From: Fidelibacterota bacterium
GTDB taxonomy: Bacteria; Fidelibacterota; Marinisomatia; SCGC-AAA003-L08; GCA-002704045
Assembly: GCA_002703375.1 (NCBI GenBank)
Contig: NZTO01000049.1
Coordinates: forward strand, 38,901 to 102,900
DNA: 64,000 nt
Direction: 5' to 3'
Shown: piece after piece, positions 40,502 to 49,687 of the stretch
How the letters are laid out: each line of letters begins with the position of its first letter
Numbering within the stretch: the stretch's first letter is position 1
Notes under the pieces: model-generated
The model's database searches: none
Told to the model about the DNA's origin: nothing
Seen by the model: only the letters and a program-made list of their open reading frames with translations
Program-made: the position numbers and the translations under genes

Positions 40502-42407
40502 ATTGTTGGGTTAAAAATGGAACACCCTGTGTTCTCATGCGTTTTTTAATATCTTTTGCTTCTTTTTTCGCTGTATATTTACTATATTCACCTAATTCTA
40601 AAGACGAAGGATCTTTTGTCGCTTTCCAAAAACTGTTATCTTGTATTTTTTTATTAAATTTTCTAGTATTATTAAAATTACTATCTTCTTTTAACAATGC
40701 AAAATTTTCCGGATTATTTTCTGTAAATCTGTTATCAATCTCATTAAATTGTTTTGTACCAGATTGATTTTGTGTTTCTATTTCACTCATGGCCGCATTA
40801 TATGCATCGGCTTGCATTTCTGCCTGACTTTTCGTATTATCATACTCACCCATGGGAATGCCAATTGATGTAAATATTTTATTTATAGGTCCAAATACAG
40901 AGTCACCCTTTACAGAACATTTCTCTTCAAGAACCTTTGTATAGGTAATAAGTATTGTCAAGAGACCGGCCAATGATATCCACATAAATTCTCCAAATAA
41001 GTCTTTTAATAAAATTACCTTATATAGTTTTGTGATTAAATTATATAATTCACTCTCTTCGCTTAATATATCTTGATTCAGTTCGTCTTCGAATTCTTGT
41101 TCATCAGACAATATATCTTCGTTGGATTCTTCTAGTTGTAAAGCTGCCTTTTTATTATCTTCATCTAGTTTCTGTAATCTTTCTATTCTTGTACGTAGTT
41201 CATTTATATCACCCTCAAAAGAATCATTATCATTTTGTAATTTTAATAATTCTGTGGTTTTATCTGTTCTTAATGATTCTATACGATTTATATTTTCAGT
41301 GATTTCATTAATTTTTTTAATTAATTCTGGCGACAAAGGCTCGCCTGTTTTTTCCTCTATTTCTTTTAATTCCATACTGATATCTGGTATACTTAAGTTA
41401 TTTAATTCATTATTGGCACCACCTTTAATATCCTCTTTATTGGTAGAAGGAGTGTTTGCTGCTGCTTCGGCCGCCGGGGCGGCGGCTGCTGCTTCTTCGG
41501 CCGCCGGGGCGGCGGCTGCTGCTTCTTCGGCCGCCGGGGCGGTGGGTGCTGCTTCTTCGGCCGCCGGGGCGGTGGGTGCACCTGTTTTGTCGTCATCCAT
41601 TTTAATAGGCTCTGCATCATCTCCTAATGCATTTATCATGGAGTTCGCAACCTTGATGTCTTGTCCTTTCCTAATAATCCTTTTACTTTTATCATCAAGT
41701 TCATCCTCATTTTCCTTAGGAATTTTTGCCTTTTCAATTATATCATCCGGAATATCCCTTATTATTTTTTCATAAATTGAAATATTAATAAATTGAGTAA
41801 ATTTATCTACGTTCATCCCATTTACAAAGTGTTTTATATTTTTGTATCTTTTATCTAATAAAGTATTTAGAAGGTCCACCAAAGATTTTGATAGTTTTCC
41901 ATCCTTTTTTTTTAATGCGGGATCATTTGGGTCATTCAATATTTTTTGAAAGAATGTTTCATATTTTTCAATACCATATAATCTAGAAGATATTTCATAG
42001 CCTATAGTATTTCCAAAAACACTTTTCCAATCCAAAGGCAAAAAATTTATTGTGAAAAATGTAGTTGAAAAAATTAACCCCCAACTTGTAACCGAAGAAA
42101 TTAAAATGGATATAATATTTTTATTAGATACATAGCCACCACAATGTTTTTGTAAATTATCAAATAAAAGTACTAATATTTGAACAGTAATTAAAATTAC
42201 TACATAGGAAATAGATGTATATGTTGCATAGGATGGCGTATGCTTCCATTTACTTTTTTTATTGCTATATGTAATCCCAAATTTTTGCAACACTGCAAAT
42301 TTAGTCATTAAATATCCAAATGTTATTATAAAAAATGTTATATATAGAGTAGTAGGTGGGTTATCTGCACCTAAATCACTTATAGTTTTCATATCGAATC
42401 TATCCAT
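40491..42407 (-). CDS. Multi-pass membrane protein with a coiled-coil and Ala-rich insertion
   Basis: Three N-terminal TMs, W.SVFGNTIGY, later TM GEFMWISLAG. Confidence 0.75.
   Translation of the reverse strand: MDRFDMKTISDLGADNPPTTLYITFFIITFGYLMTKFAVLQKFGITYSNKKSKWKHTPSYATYTSISYVVILITVQILVLLFDNLQKHCGGYVSNKNIISILISSVTSWGLIFSTTFFTINFLPLDWKSVFGNTIGYEISSRLYGIEKYETFFQKILNDPNDPALKKKDGKLSKSLVDLLNTLLDKRYKNIKHFVNGMNVDKFTQFINISIYEKIIRDIPDDIIEKAKIPKENEDELDDKSKRIIRKGQDIKVANSMINALGDDAEPIKMDDDKTGAPTAPAAEEAAPTAPAAEEAAAAAPAAEEAAAAAPAAEAAANTPSTNKEDIKGGANNELNNLSIPDISMELKEIEEKTGEPLSPELIKKINEITENINRIESLRTDKTTELLKLQNDNDSFEGDINELRTRIERLQKLDEDNKKAALQLEESNEDILSDEQEFEDELNQDILSEESELYNLITKLYKVILLKDLFGEFMWISLAGLLTILITYTKVLEEKCSVKGDSVFGPINKIFTSIGIPMGEYDNTKSQAEMQADAYNAAMSEIETQNQSGTKQFNEIDNRFTENNPENFALLKEDSNFNNTRKFNKKIQDNSFWKATKDPSSLELGEYSKYTAKKEAKDIKKRMRTQGVPFLTQQFNI
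41461..41580. repeat. Four 30-bp GC-rich tandem repeats (APTAPAAEEA / AAAAPAAEEA)
   Basis: GCTTCTTCGGCCGCCGGGGCGG(C/T)GG(C/G)TGCT units read directly. Confidence 0.95.
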
Positions 42408-42452
42408 TATATAATATGTATAAATAAATTAATTAATTTAGACTATTAAAGT

Positions 42453-42791
42453 ATGGATAAACCAAATTTATTAGAAAATGAAACCAAATTTTTTTTATCT
42501 CAAAGTTTGAAAAAATGTAATAAATTTAAAGAAGAATATTACAATTATGTATTTAATATTGGTGCATTTATCTTTATGGTATTGGTATTTGGTATATTTT
42601 TACTCGTAAAATATCGCGGAAAAATGTCACCTACAGAAAAAAATGAAAAAGATAAAAAAAAGAAGGAATATATACTATCAAAAATAAGAATTATGCAAGA
42701 CATAAAAAGACAAAATTCCCAGGATTTAATAACTAATTTACCGGCTTGGGAATCAAATGACGATATATTAAACAGAAAAATATATAGATAA
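42453..42791 (+). CDS. Small membrane protein
   Basis: One TM, KYRGK, ITNLP motif. Confidence 0.7.
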   Translation: MDKPNLLENETKFFLSQSLKKCNKFKEEYYNYVFNIGAFIFMVLVFGIFLLVKYRGKMSPTEKNEKDKKKKEYILSKIRIMQDIKRQNSQDLITNLPAWESNDDILNRKIYR

Positions 42792-42798
42792 ATTATAT

Positions 42799-43662
42799 AT
42801 GAAAGAAGATGAAATTGTCAACCAGAAAGTTTATGATGCGATTAATGATTATTATAGATTGAAATCCGCATATGAGAATAGAATAGAAGACATGAAAAAA
42901 AAAATAAAAGCTCCTAAAGAAATAACAAATAAAATTACAGGCAAAACCACAAAGATAGAGAAAAGTATAGAAGAAAAAAGAAACGAAATAAAATTAATGA
43001 AACCTAAATGTATTTACTGTAATAAACCCGTAGGAACAGATTTTAAAATTACCGATAAATTGCTTATTGCAAAATGTGGAGCTGTAGAAAAAAAAGAAGG
43101 TTTTGAACCATGCAATCTTAATATTGAAATTAAAAAAGGAAGTATTGCAAATACTAGGACAGAATATTATAGATTTTTAAATGAAAAAAAAACAACAGAA
43201 AAAAATATAATTAATCTTAAATTAGATTTACTATTTAAATATTCTACAGAAGAAGAAACTTTAGAAAAATTCGAAAAGGAATTAGAAGATTATGAATACT
43301 ATGTAAATAGTATTCAGTTTTCTATTGGAGAAATAGAGAAACACACGAATAAAACGGAACACAAGGCCAAAATGACAGAACTAGATGGACAAATTAAAAA
43401 TTCCATTGAATTCATAAAAGATACTATTGTACAATATAAACAACAAAATGATACACAACTATTAGTAGAAGTAATTAACAAATATACCGATAATTTAATT
43501 CCAAACGTAGAACAACTTAGAGATATAAAAAATGATTATTACGATATTGAAAAAAATGAGATAACGGGTGAATATACTCTAGTGAAAACAGAGGTTAGTG
43601 TATCAAATATTGAAATAATTCTAGACAACGAAGACCCGGAGATAATTTATTTTGTTCAGTGA
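42799..43662 (+). CDS. Conserved hypothetical protein with putative zinc ligands
   Basis: YYRLKSAYE, KCIYCNKPVGT, CG...PCNLNI. Confidence 0.7.
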   Translation: MKEDEIVNQKVYDAINDYYRLKSAYENRIEDMKKKIKAPKEITNKITGKTTKIEKSIEEKRNEIKLMKPKCIYCNKPVGTDFKITDKLLIAKCGAVEKKEGFEPCNLNIEIKKGSIANTRTEYYRFLNEKKTTEKNIINLKLDLLFKYSTEEETLEKFEKELEDYEYYVNSIQFSIGEIEKHTNKTEHKAKMTELDGQIKNSIEFIKDTIVQYKQQNDTQLLVEVINKYTDNLIPNVEQLRDIKNDYYDIEKNEITGEYTLVKTEVSVSNIEIILDNEDPEIIYFVQ

Positions 43663-43671
43663 TATATATAT

Positions 43672-43905
43672 ATGAACGTATTAAGTTATATAAATTGGTA
43701 TGCATTTGTATTTTCATTTATCATTGGTATTATTTTTATGTACTTTTATAGCGAAGAGCCGGTAAAAATATACGTATATCCTACTGCTAAAAATTTTAAA
43801 AACGTACAAGTATTAGATAAAAGTGGAACTTGTTTTTCTATCGAAACAAAAGAAACGGCTTGTCCTGAGAATGATAGTAATATAAAAAAAGTACCAATAC
43901 AATAA
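43672..43905 (+). CDS. Small membrane protein
   Basis: N-terminal TM, VYPT, D..GTCF...CP. Confidence 0.7.
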   Translation: MNVLSYINWYAFVFSFIIGIIFMYFYSEEPVKIYVYPTAKNFKNVQVLDKSGTCFSIETKETACPENDSNIKKVPIQ

Positions 43906-43926
43906 TATTATATTGGTATATAATAT

Positions 43927-44169
43927 ATGTTTATAAAACGGATCCTTTATTCAAAATATAGTTCTTTAATACTATCAGTTATACTTGGATTTGGACTAGC
44001 AACATTATTTAGAATGGGATGTAAAGGTAATAATTGTAATATATTTAAAGCCCCAGAAGATTTAAAGGATGAAAATAAAATTTATAAAATTAACGATAAG
44101 TGTTATAAGGCTGTAGCGACACCCATAGATTGTGATAATAATAAAAAAACATTAGAATTTTTTGCGTAA
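43927..44169 (+). CDS. Small membrane protein
   Basis: SVILGFGLATLFR..C...C, KCY...C. Confidence 0.7.
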   Translation: MFIKRILYSKYSSLILSVILGFGLATLFRMGCKGNNCNIFKAPEDLKDENKIYKINDKCYKAVATPIDCDNNKKTLEFFA

Positions 44170-44201
44170 ATAATTAAAAAATGTGTTTCTAATTATTTAT
44201 A

Positions 44202-44717
44202 ATGACCACGTCTATAAACGATCTTCCTATTGACCCGGGTATTTCAAGCGAAAATATTAAATTAGAATCCAGAGAAAAAAAACCTTTCTCTGATGAAATA
44301 CTTGAGGCAAAGCGCGCCGGTTTGACGGACCTTCCTACAAGAGATATTCCAAATTCATCTGTTGAACACACCACAGATGCTAGTGTTACAGCAAATTATG
44401 TCCCCCCGGCCGACTCTGTAGGTGATTACATTGAAAATTATAAAAATGAAATAGGATATAGAAATGAAGTAAATAAAGCAAATATTCATAAAAGCACATT
44501 TGATATTGTTTTCGATGAGTTTAGAACTGCCTTATTAGTAGGGTTACTTTTCTTTTTATTTCAATTGCCTATTTTTAAAGCAACTTTACACAAAAATATG
44601 GATTTCCTATTCAAAAAAGATGCAAACTATAATTTTTATGGGGTTTTATTTGTGAGTTTCGTTTTCGGTATGGGATACTATGGAATAGAACGGACAATTG
44701 AACACTTTTCTATTTAG
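44202..44717 (+). CDS. Conserved protein with C-terminal TM helices
   Basis: TTSINDLP, T.LP.RDIP, LFFLFQLP. Confidence 0.7.
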   Translation: MTTSINDLPIDPGISSENIKLESREKKPFSDEILEAKRAGLTDLPTRDIPNSSVEHTTDASVTANYVPPADSVGDYIENYKNEIGYRNEVNKANIHKSTFDIVFDEFRTALLVGLLFFLFQLPIFKATLHKNMDFLFKKDANYNFYGVLFVSFVFGMGYYGIERTIEHFSI

Positions 44718-45264
44718 TATCACATAAAATATTCACCCATTTTTTAATATAATTATCACCATCGAAATACCATTTTTCATTACTAGATAAATTTATATCT
44801 TTTCCGGTCTTTATTTGTATCAATGCGAATGTTTTAAACATTAAATTTCGCGCCATTTTTCTCCGTATCAATTCTATTTCGTCTTTTCTGGTTCCCATAC
44901 ATTTTATATGATAATTGCGTATATTTTCCGTTGGTTGATTGTAATCCCATCTTCCATATCTATTTCTATGATTTATTTGTTCATCTATCGAAATGAAATT
45001 TAGACTTTGTATGTATTCTTCTGAATATTCACCATAAATATTTATTCCTTTGGAGTACCTAACTCCATCATGTAAACATCCGGAATACATGCAATTTTCA
45101 CGATGATTTACATTGCCTACGCTTCCTCCACTACCACCACATTCTATACAAACGTTTATGAAATCCTTTTTTGTATTAAATAAAAATACATGGTCATTTT
45201 CAACAAAAGAACTATGTAAATTTCTAGGAGAAATATGACATAAGCAATTGTAAATACTATACAT
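44710..45264 (-). CDS. Hypothetical Cys/His-rich protein
   Basis: 184-aa ORF with CxxC, H...C...C.H. Confidence 0.55.
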   Translation of the reverse strand: MYSIYNCLCHISPRNLHSSFVENDHVFLFNTKKDFINVCIECGGSGGSVGNVNHRENCMYSGCLHDGVRYSKGINIYGEYSEEYIQSLNFISIDEQINHRNRYGRWDYNQPTENIRNYHIKCMGTRKDEIELIRRKMARNLMFKTFALIQIKTGKDINLSSNEKWYFDGDNYIKKWVNILCDTK

Positions 45265-45308
45265 ATATTATTTTACATATAAAATAATATATCATATAAT
45301 AAACCTTC

Positions 45309-45419
45309 CTACTTAATATTAAGTAAAATATTTACCCAATTTTTAATATATTCATCATTAGATAAATTTATACCTATTCCTGTCTTTATTTCAATTCTTT
45401 ATTCAAATGTGTTAAAATT
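45309..45419 (-). pseudogene. Degenerate copy of the 3' end of the 44710..45264 gene
   Basis: Translates NFNTFE*RIEIKTGIGINLSNDEYIKNWVNILLNIK*, versus FKTFALIQIKTGKDINLSSNE...YIKKWVNILCDTK* in the neighbour. Confidence 0.8.
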
Positions 45420-45421
45420 GA
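45414..45421 (+). promoter_or_regulatory. AAAATTGA early promoter
   Basis: 34 nt upstream of the ATG at 45456. Confidence 0.7.
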
Positions 45422-45455
45422 GATAAAAATAAGTTTTTAAATTTTAAAAACAAAG

Positions 45456-45761
45456 ATGACCGATCTTCTAAGAGACTATGAATTTAAATGTCTTATTGAT
45501 TTGATACCACATATGAATTTCAAAAAAGAGTGGCTTCCACTATATAAAAATTGGAATAAATTAGAATATTATCAACATATTAATCAAAATATAATTAGTA
45601 ATTGGGTTAAATATGTATATTACAAAAAAAACAACAAATCTTTAAAAAAAAATTTTGTAGATTATCAAAAATCAATGAAAGGATATCCACTAGATATTAA
45701 AAAAAAAATAAAGATAACATTAGAAAGATGTGGTATAAAGAATGTGAAAATAAAATATTAA
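45456..45761 (+). CDS. Hypothetical early protein
   Basis: 101-aa ORF downstream of an early promoter. Confidence 0.6.
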   Translation: MTDLLRDYEFKCLIDLIPHMNFKKEWLPLYKNWNKLEYYQHINQNIISNWVKYVYYKKNNKSLKKNFVDYQKSMKGYPLDIKKKIKITLERCGIKNVKIKY

Positions 45762-45776
45762 AAGATTAAAAGATTA

Positions 45777-45784
45777 AAAATTGA
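45777..45784 (+). promoter_or_regulatory. AAAATTGA early promoter
   Basis: 38 nt upstream of the ATG at 45823. Confidence 0.7.
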
Positions 45785-45822
45785 AACTATTTACAAGTAA
45801 ATAATAGTATTTTAACTAAAGA

Positions 45823-46230
45823 ATGTCATTCTATTTTATACCCGAATTACTGAATGAAGTTAATGATTATATAGAGCCGACCCTTGAACTTCGTTGTGTA
45901 AGTCGAAAATATTATAAATTGTACACACCAGAAATAAGAGAAAAATATCCGTTACACTTTCATGCAATTGATTACTTGAATGCATTACGAATATGTCCAA
46001 CATACAATGCTCTTTCTATATATTTTCCTTATAATTATTGGTTGTCTTATGACCCACAAAAAGACGAAATGATATATCACACCAATAAATTACAATGCAA
46101 AGGATATACGAAAAAAGGACTTCGTTGCAAGCGATATTCATGTGATGCGTTTTGTTATAATCATAGAAATACACTTAAAACATATCAAAACAGTAAAATG
46201 TTTCATTATTTAACAGATGGTATTTTCTAA
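45823..46230 (+). CDS. Early protein with an F-box-like N-terminus and a C-terminal C3H zinc knuckle
   Basis: IPELLNEV.DYI...LELRCVSRKYY resembles an F-box; CKGYTKKGLRCKR....FCYNH. Confidence 0.5.
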   Translation: MSFYFIPELLNEVNDYIEPTLELRCVSRKYYKLYTPEIREKYPLHFHAIDYLNALRICPTYNALSIYFPYNYWLSYDPQKDEMIYHTNKLQCKGYTKKGLRCKRYSCDAFCYNHRNTLKTYQNSKMFHYLTDGIF

Positions 46231-46272
46231 ACATATATAATTAAATCAAATATTACAAAGAAAATATTTTTA

Positions 46273-46686
46273 TTAAATCTTTTCAATTATAATCCCCGCC
46301 ATTTCCATGATTTCCGGTATCAATTCATCGTTCTTATAATCTTCTATGTAGTAAATATTTTTTATTCCGGAAGCACACAATATCTTTGTGCAGTTAATGC
46401 AAGGATAATGCGTTATGTAAGCCTCTGCTTTGTCGCAACTAACACCGCGTTTGGCACAGTCTGTTATCGCATTTTGCTCGGCATGAATCGTGGCTTGTTC
46501 ATGATTGTTTCTAACAAAAGATTTATGGGGACATCCGGGAAGAAATCCATTATATCCCTGAGATATAATGCGGTTATCTTTTACAATAACACAACCCACT
46601 TTTAATCTCTCACACGGCGAACGTTTTGAAGTTACTAATACTATTTCCTTAAAATAATCTCTCCAACTTGGTCGTTTATTTTCCAT
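46273..46686 (-). CDS. dCMP deaminase
   Basis: RSPC.RLKVG, GYNG, HAEQNA, PCINC. Confidence 0.93.
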   Translation of the reverse strand: MENKRPSWRDYFKEIVLVTSKRSPCERLKVGCVIVKDNRIISQGYNGFLPGCPHKSFVRNNHEQATIHAEQNAITDCAKRGVSCDKAEAYITHYPCINCTKILCASGIKNIYYIEDYKNDELIPEIMEMAGIIIEKI

Positions 46687-47207
46687 TGTACATTAATCCT
46701 ACGTATTTTTTTAATTATTTTCTTACACTTAATTGTAATCGTATTTCTACAACAGCCGTATTCTGTTGCTATCTTATTTACCGGTATTTTATAAATATAA
46801 CGCTTCAAAATCAAATTCTTTTCAAATTCGGTTAATCCGCTTAAAAGATAATCATAGTTTTCAAAATCTTCTGTTATAATTAAATTTTCTTCTTTTAGTG
46901 GCAATGGTTTATTATACAGGGTTCTTATGTAGTCTCCCATATATTTTTTTATCCATCTACTACTATAAGTAGAAAATGCAAATCCCTTTGTTTCGTTATA
47001 TTTACGGGCCGCGTACAAAAGACCGATAGAACCCTCCTGAATCAACTCCTTTTTTTCATCGAGATTTAACCTATTTTTTATCATGTACGACCTAGCAAAG
47101 TAAGGAACCAATCGATAATTGTTTCTCGCATAACTCCTTATCATTTCCGGGGAATTATAACTTGATACAGAATATAATATACTTGATAAAATAATAAAAC
47201 GGTACAT
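46641..47207 (-). CDS. Sigma-70 family factor (regions 2 and 4) with a signal-peptide-like N-terminus
   Basis: Region 2: NYRLV..FARSY...ELIQEGSIGLLYAARKYNETKGFAFSTYSSRWI. Region 4 HTH: LSGLTEFEKNLILKRY...VNKIATEYGCCRNTI. Confidence 0.88.
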   Translation of the reverse strand: MYRFIILSSILYSVSSYNSPEMIRSYARNNYRLVPYFARSYMIKNRLNLDEKKELIQEGSIGLLYAARKYNETKGFAFSTYSSRWIKKYMGDYIRTLYNKPLPLKEENLIITEDFENYDYLLSGLTEFEKNLILKRYIYKIPVNKIATEYGCCRNTITIKCKKIIKKIRRINVQWKINDQVGEIILRK

Positions 47208-47245
47208 AGTATGTATATAAATTATTTAACATGTATTTAAATAAT

Positions 47246-47518
47246 TTATGAACTGTATGTAAAGAATTGCTTCGGTATAAATCGATCCTTAAGTTCTTTA
47301 TTACAATTTACACAAGAATCGGGAGGGGTTCTTAAACAAAAGTCATTGTTATATCCCTGGTTAACACATGATTTATAAGAACTAAAGGGCTCTTTTTTTC
47401 TTTTTTGAATTAAAAAAATAATATACATAAAATAAAACAGCACAAAAATAATATAAAATGTGAAACTATTAGATGCTTTTTCAATAGTGGGAGTTACATC
47501 TATTTCTTGACTTTCCAT
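47246..47518 (-). CDS. Small membrane protein
   Basis: One TM followed by KKEPF and four Cys. Confidence 0.65.
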   Translation of the reverse strand: MESQEIDVTPTIEKASNSFTFYIIFVLFYFMYIIFLIQKRKKEPFSSYKSCVNQGYNNDFCLRTPPDSCVNCNKELKDRFIPKQFFTYSS

Positions 47519-47535
47519 ATATTATATTGTACATT

Positions 47536-48933
47536 TTATTTCCACGAAAAGAGACGATTTGTTTTTTTGCGTTTTTTCTTTCTACGCTTTTTTGTATTTG
47601 CATTATCGGGGTTAATTTCCTTTTTATCCTTTTTCACATCGGGAATATACTTTAAAAACCACTCTTCATATTCTCTTGTTCCCTTCTTATCCTTTAGTTT
47701 TTCAAACATATCCGATTTTTCCTGACGCATAGATTCTAAGGTGGGTTGTTCCCCATAGCAACTAATACTAAATCTTCTTAGTAATCCTTTTTGTTTTAAT
47801 CTATTTTTTTGTTGAACCTTAAATAAATATTGAGACATACAAAGTAATCTATCTGTGTCGTAGTATGGTCTATCCGCATAAATGAATGCCAAATAAAAAC
47901 TTAACATTGTATCTATAGTAGCAATTTTTAAAATCTGCCCTTGTATATTAATTATATTGTAACTGTGGCATCCTAATGGTTCATATACAAAAGCAACTGT
48001 ATCCTTACCAACTAAAATTTCGTAGTGAGGAGCAATAATCTCTCCAACTCCTTCATGTTTTACTATTTTAGTATTCATTATACCTCTATCATTTAATCTT
48101 TCTACTACAATAGTACATACTGTTAACGGTTCTAATGATAAAACATCAAAATCTGGGGAGTTTTGCAATTTTTTTCTTAGTTTTGATGGCATATATTTGG
48201 AATAAATGGTGTTTGCAAATCCCCCAAAAAATATAACCTCTTGATTAATAAATGTATCTTTTGTAATATTATATATGTCTACTTCTTTATTACTTTCTAA
48301 AGAAACGGTGGATTCCATGGAACGCTGAAAATTAACTTCATCGCATTTTTTATTTCTTATTGGATAATTTTTATTTAATAATAATAGACGTTTAAGAACC
48401 TTTTCCCATCTACTTACATCACCTTTTGGTCTTGATAATTCTAAATACATAGCCATTCTTAGAAAATTCGGGGGCGCATATAAAATACCATTCACGCTGA
48501 TAGAATCTTGTTTCACCTTTTTAAACAAATTTGGATCTAATGAAGTTATATCCGCAACGGGGATATAATTTACATATACTTTATAAGTTCCATGATGTAC
48601 ACCACTTTTTGCTTCCACGTCTGTAAAGCCTCTTTCATTATAAATGTTCGCGAGTTCTTTTGCATGATCTAAAGCCGTCGGGGAATAAAAATCATAATCG
48701 GGTATTTCAAGTGATTTATCATAGAATTGATCGGATTGTGGCAATATATTATTAATGGCTGTTCCGCCATAACAAACTAATTTCTTTTTTCTTAAAAATT
48801 CTTCAACCACGGCTATAATCTTTTTTACAATTGGTGCATTTGCTGACTTTCTATCACTTCTTTTTTCCGCTTTATCTACAGCACTTCTTAATATTTCTAA
48901 TTCTTTATCTTCATAATGTTTATCCTTATTCAT
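47536..48933 (-). CDS. Viral poly(A) polymerase catalytic subunit
   Basis: YGGTAIN, PDYDFYSP, HHGTYKV, ELSRP.GDVSRWEKV; second degenerate nucleotidyltransferase domain (FFGG..PDFDVLS). Confidence 0.88.
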   Translation of the reverse strand: MNKDKHYEDKELEILRSAVDKAEKRSDRKSANAPIVKKIIAVVEEFLRKKKLVCYGGTAINNILPQSDQFYDKSLEIPDYDFYSPTALDHAKELANIYNERGFTDVEAKSGVHHGTYKVYVNYIPVADITSLDPNLFKKVKQDSISVNGILYAPPNFLRMAMYLELSRPKGDVSRWEKVLKRLLLLNKNYPIRNKKCDEVNFQRSMESTVSLESNKEVDIYNITKDTFINQEVIFFGGFANTIYSKYMPSKLRKKLQNSPDFDVLSLEPLTVCTIVVERLNDRGIMNTKIVKHEGVGEIIAPHYEILVGKDTVAFVYEPLGCHSYNIINIQGQILKIATIDTMLSFYLAFIYADRPYYDTDRLLCMSQYLFKVQQKNRLKQKGLLRRFSISCYGEQPTLESMRQEKSDMFEKLKDKKGTREYEEWFLKYIPDVKKDKKEINPDNANTKKRRKKKRKKTNRLFSWK

Positions 48934-48951
48934 TATATTATTATATTATTA

Positions 48952-49602
48952 TTAGAAATTAATTATACCATCTACAATAATTTTACTCCCCAAAAAAGAT
49001 GGCTCAATATTATTTATAAATTGATTTTTTTCAATTAAAAGATTACTTACTTTATATAACTTGAAATTATTCTCATTGCAAAACGAATAAAGTTTATTAT
49101 TCCATGTATTTATTAGTAAATAATATTTCTTATAGTCCTCACCACGTATAAAATATAAATCGGTCAATACTATTGTACAATTTGTTTTTTGATAAAGTCT
49201 TAAAACGACATCCTTATAAGATTCAAAGATTTTATCCAATACATCATAATTTTCTATTTCTACACCATTGTATTCATAAGAATTTAATAAATCATTTCCA
49301 CCAATAGATATAAATAAATAAGTATTTGAATTATTCAATTCTTTTGGCATTTTATCGTATTGTTCCATTAAATCTTCAATCATTGAATTATCTTTGGCTA
49401 AAACAATTGATTTCTTTACTTTTTTTTTAATGATGTATTCTACACTTTCTTCTCTTTTTACATATTTTTTATTTTGATACATGCTGTCACCTAACAAAAC
49501 AACCGCGTTATTGTTTTCAAGATTTTCTATTGAAGTCGAATTTTGAAATAGACAACAAAAAATGATAATGATTAATAAAAACGATATGGTATTCACATTC
49601 AT
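48952..49602 (-). CDS. SGNH/GDSL hydrolase-like protein, membrane anchored
   Basis: LLGDS, SIGGNDL; block V reads NNIEPS. Confidence 0.75.
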   Translation of the reverse strand: MNVNTISFLLIIIIFCCLFQNSTSIENLENNNAVVLLGDSMYQNKKYVKREESVEYIIKKKVKKSIVLAKDNSMIEDLMEQYDKMPKELNNSNTYLFISIGGNDLLNSYEYNGVEIENYDVLDKIFESYKDVVLRLYQKTNCTIVLTDLYFIRGEDYKKYYLLINTWNNKLYSFCNENNFKLYKVSNLLIEKNQFINNIEPSFLGSKIIVDGIINF

Positions 49603-49687
49603 AATTTATATAAAAACATATATTTTTAATAATAAAATTCAAAATAAAAAATTTGTATATTTTCTATTCTAAATTAAATTTAAGAAT

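Noticed and set aside
41122..41775. 217-aa antisense ORF and 72-aa alternative frame with PPPRRPKK repeats
   Set aside because: Shadows of the 30-bp GC-rich repeat in the 40491..42407 gene
29117..47207. Bacterial contamination as the source of sigma, ClpP and asnB
   Set aside because: They share the composition of, and are interleaved or overlapping with, NCLDV genes; no Shine-Dalgarno or operon context
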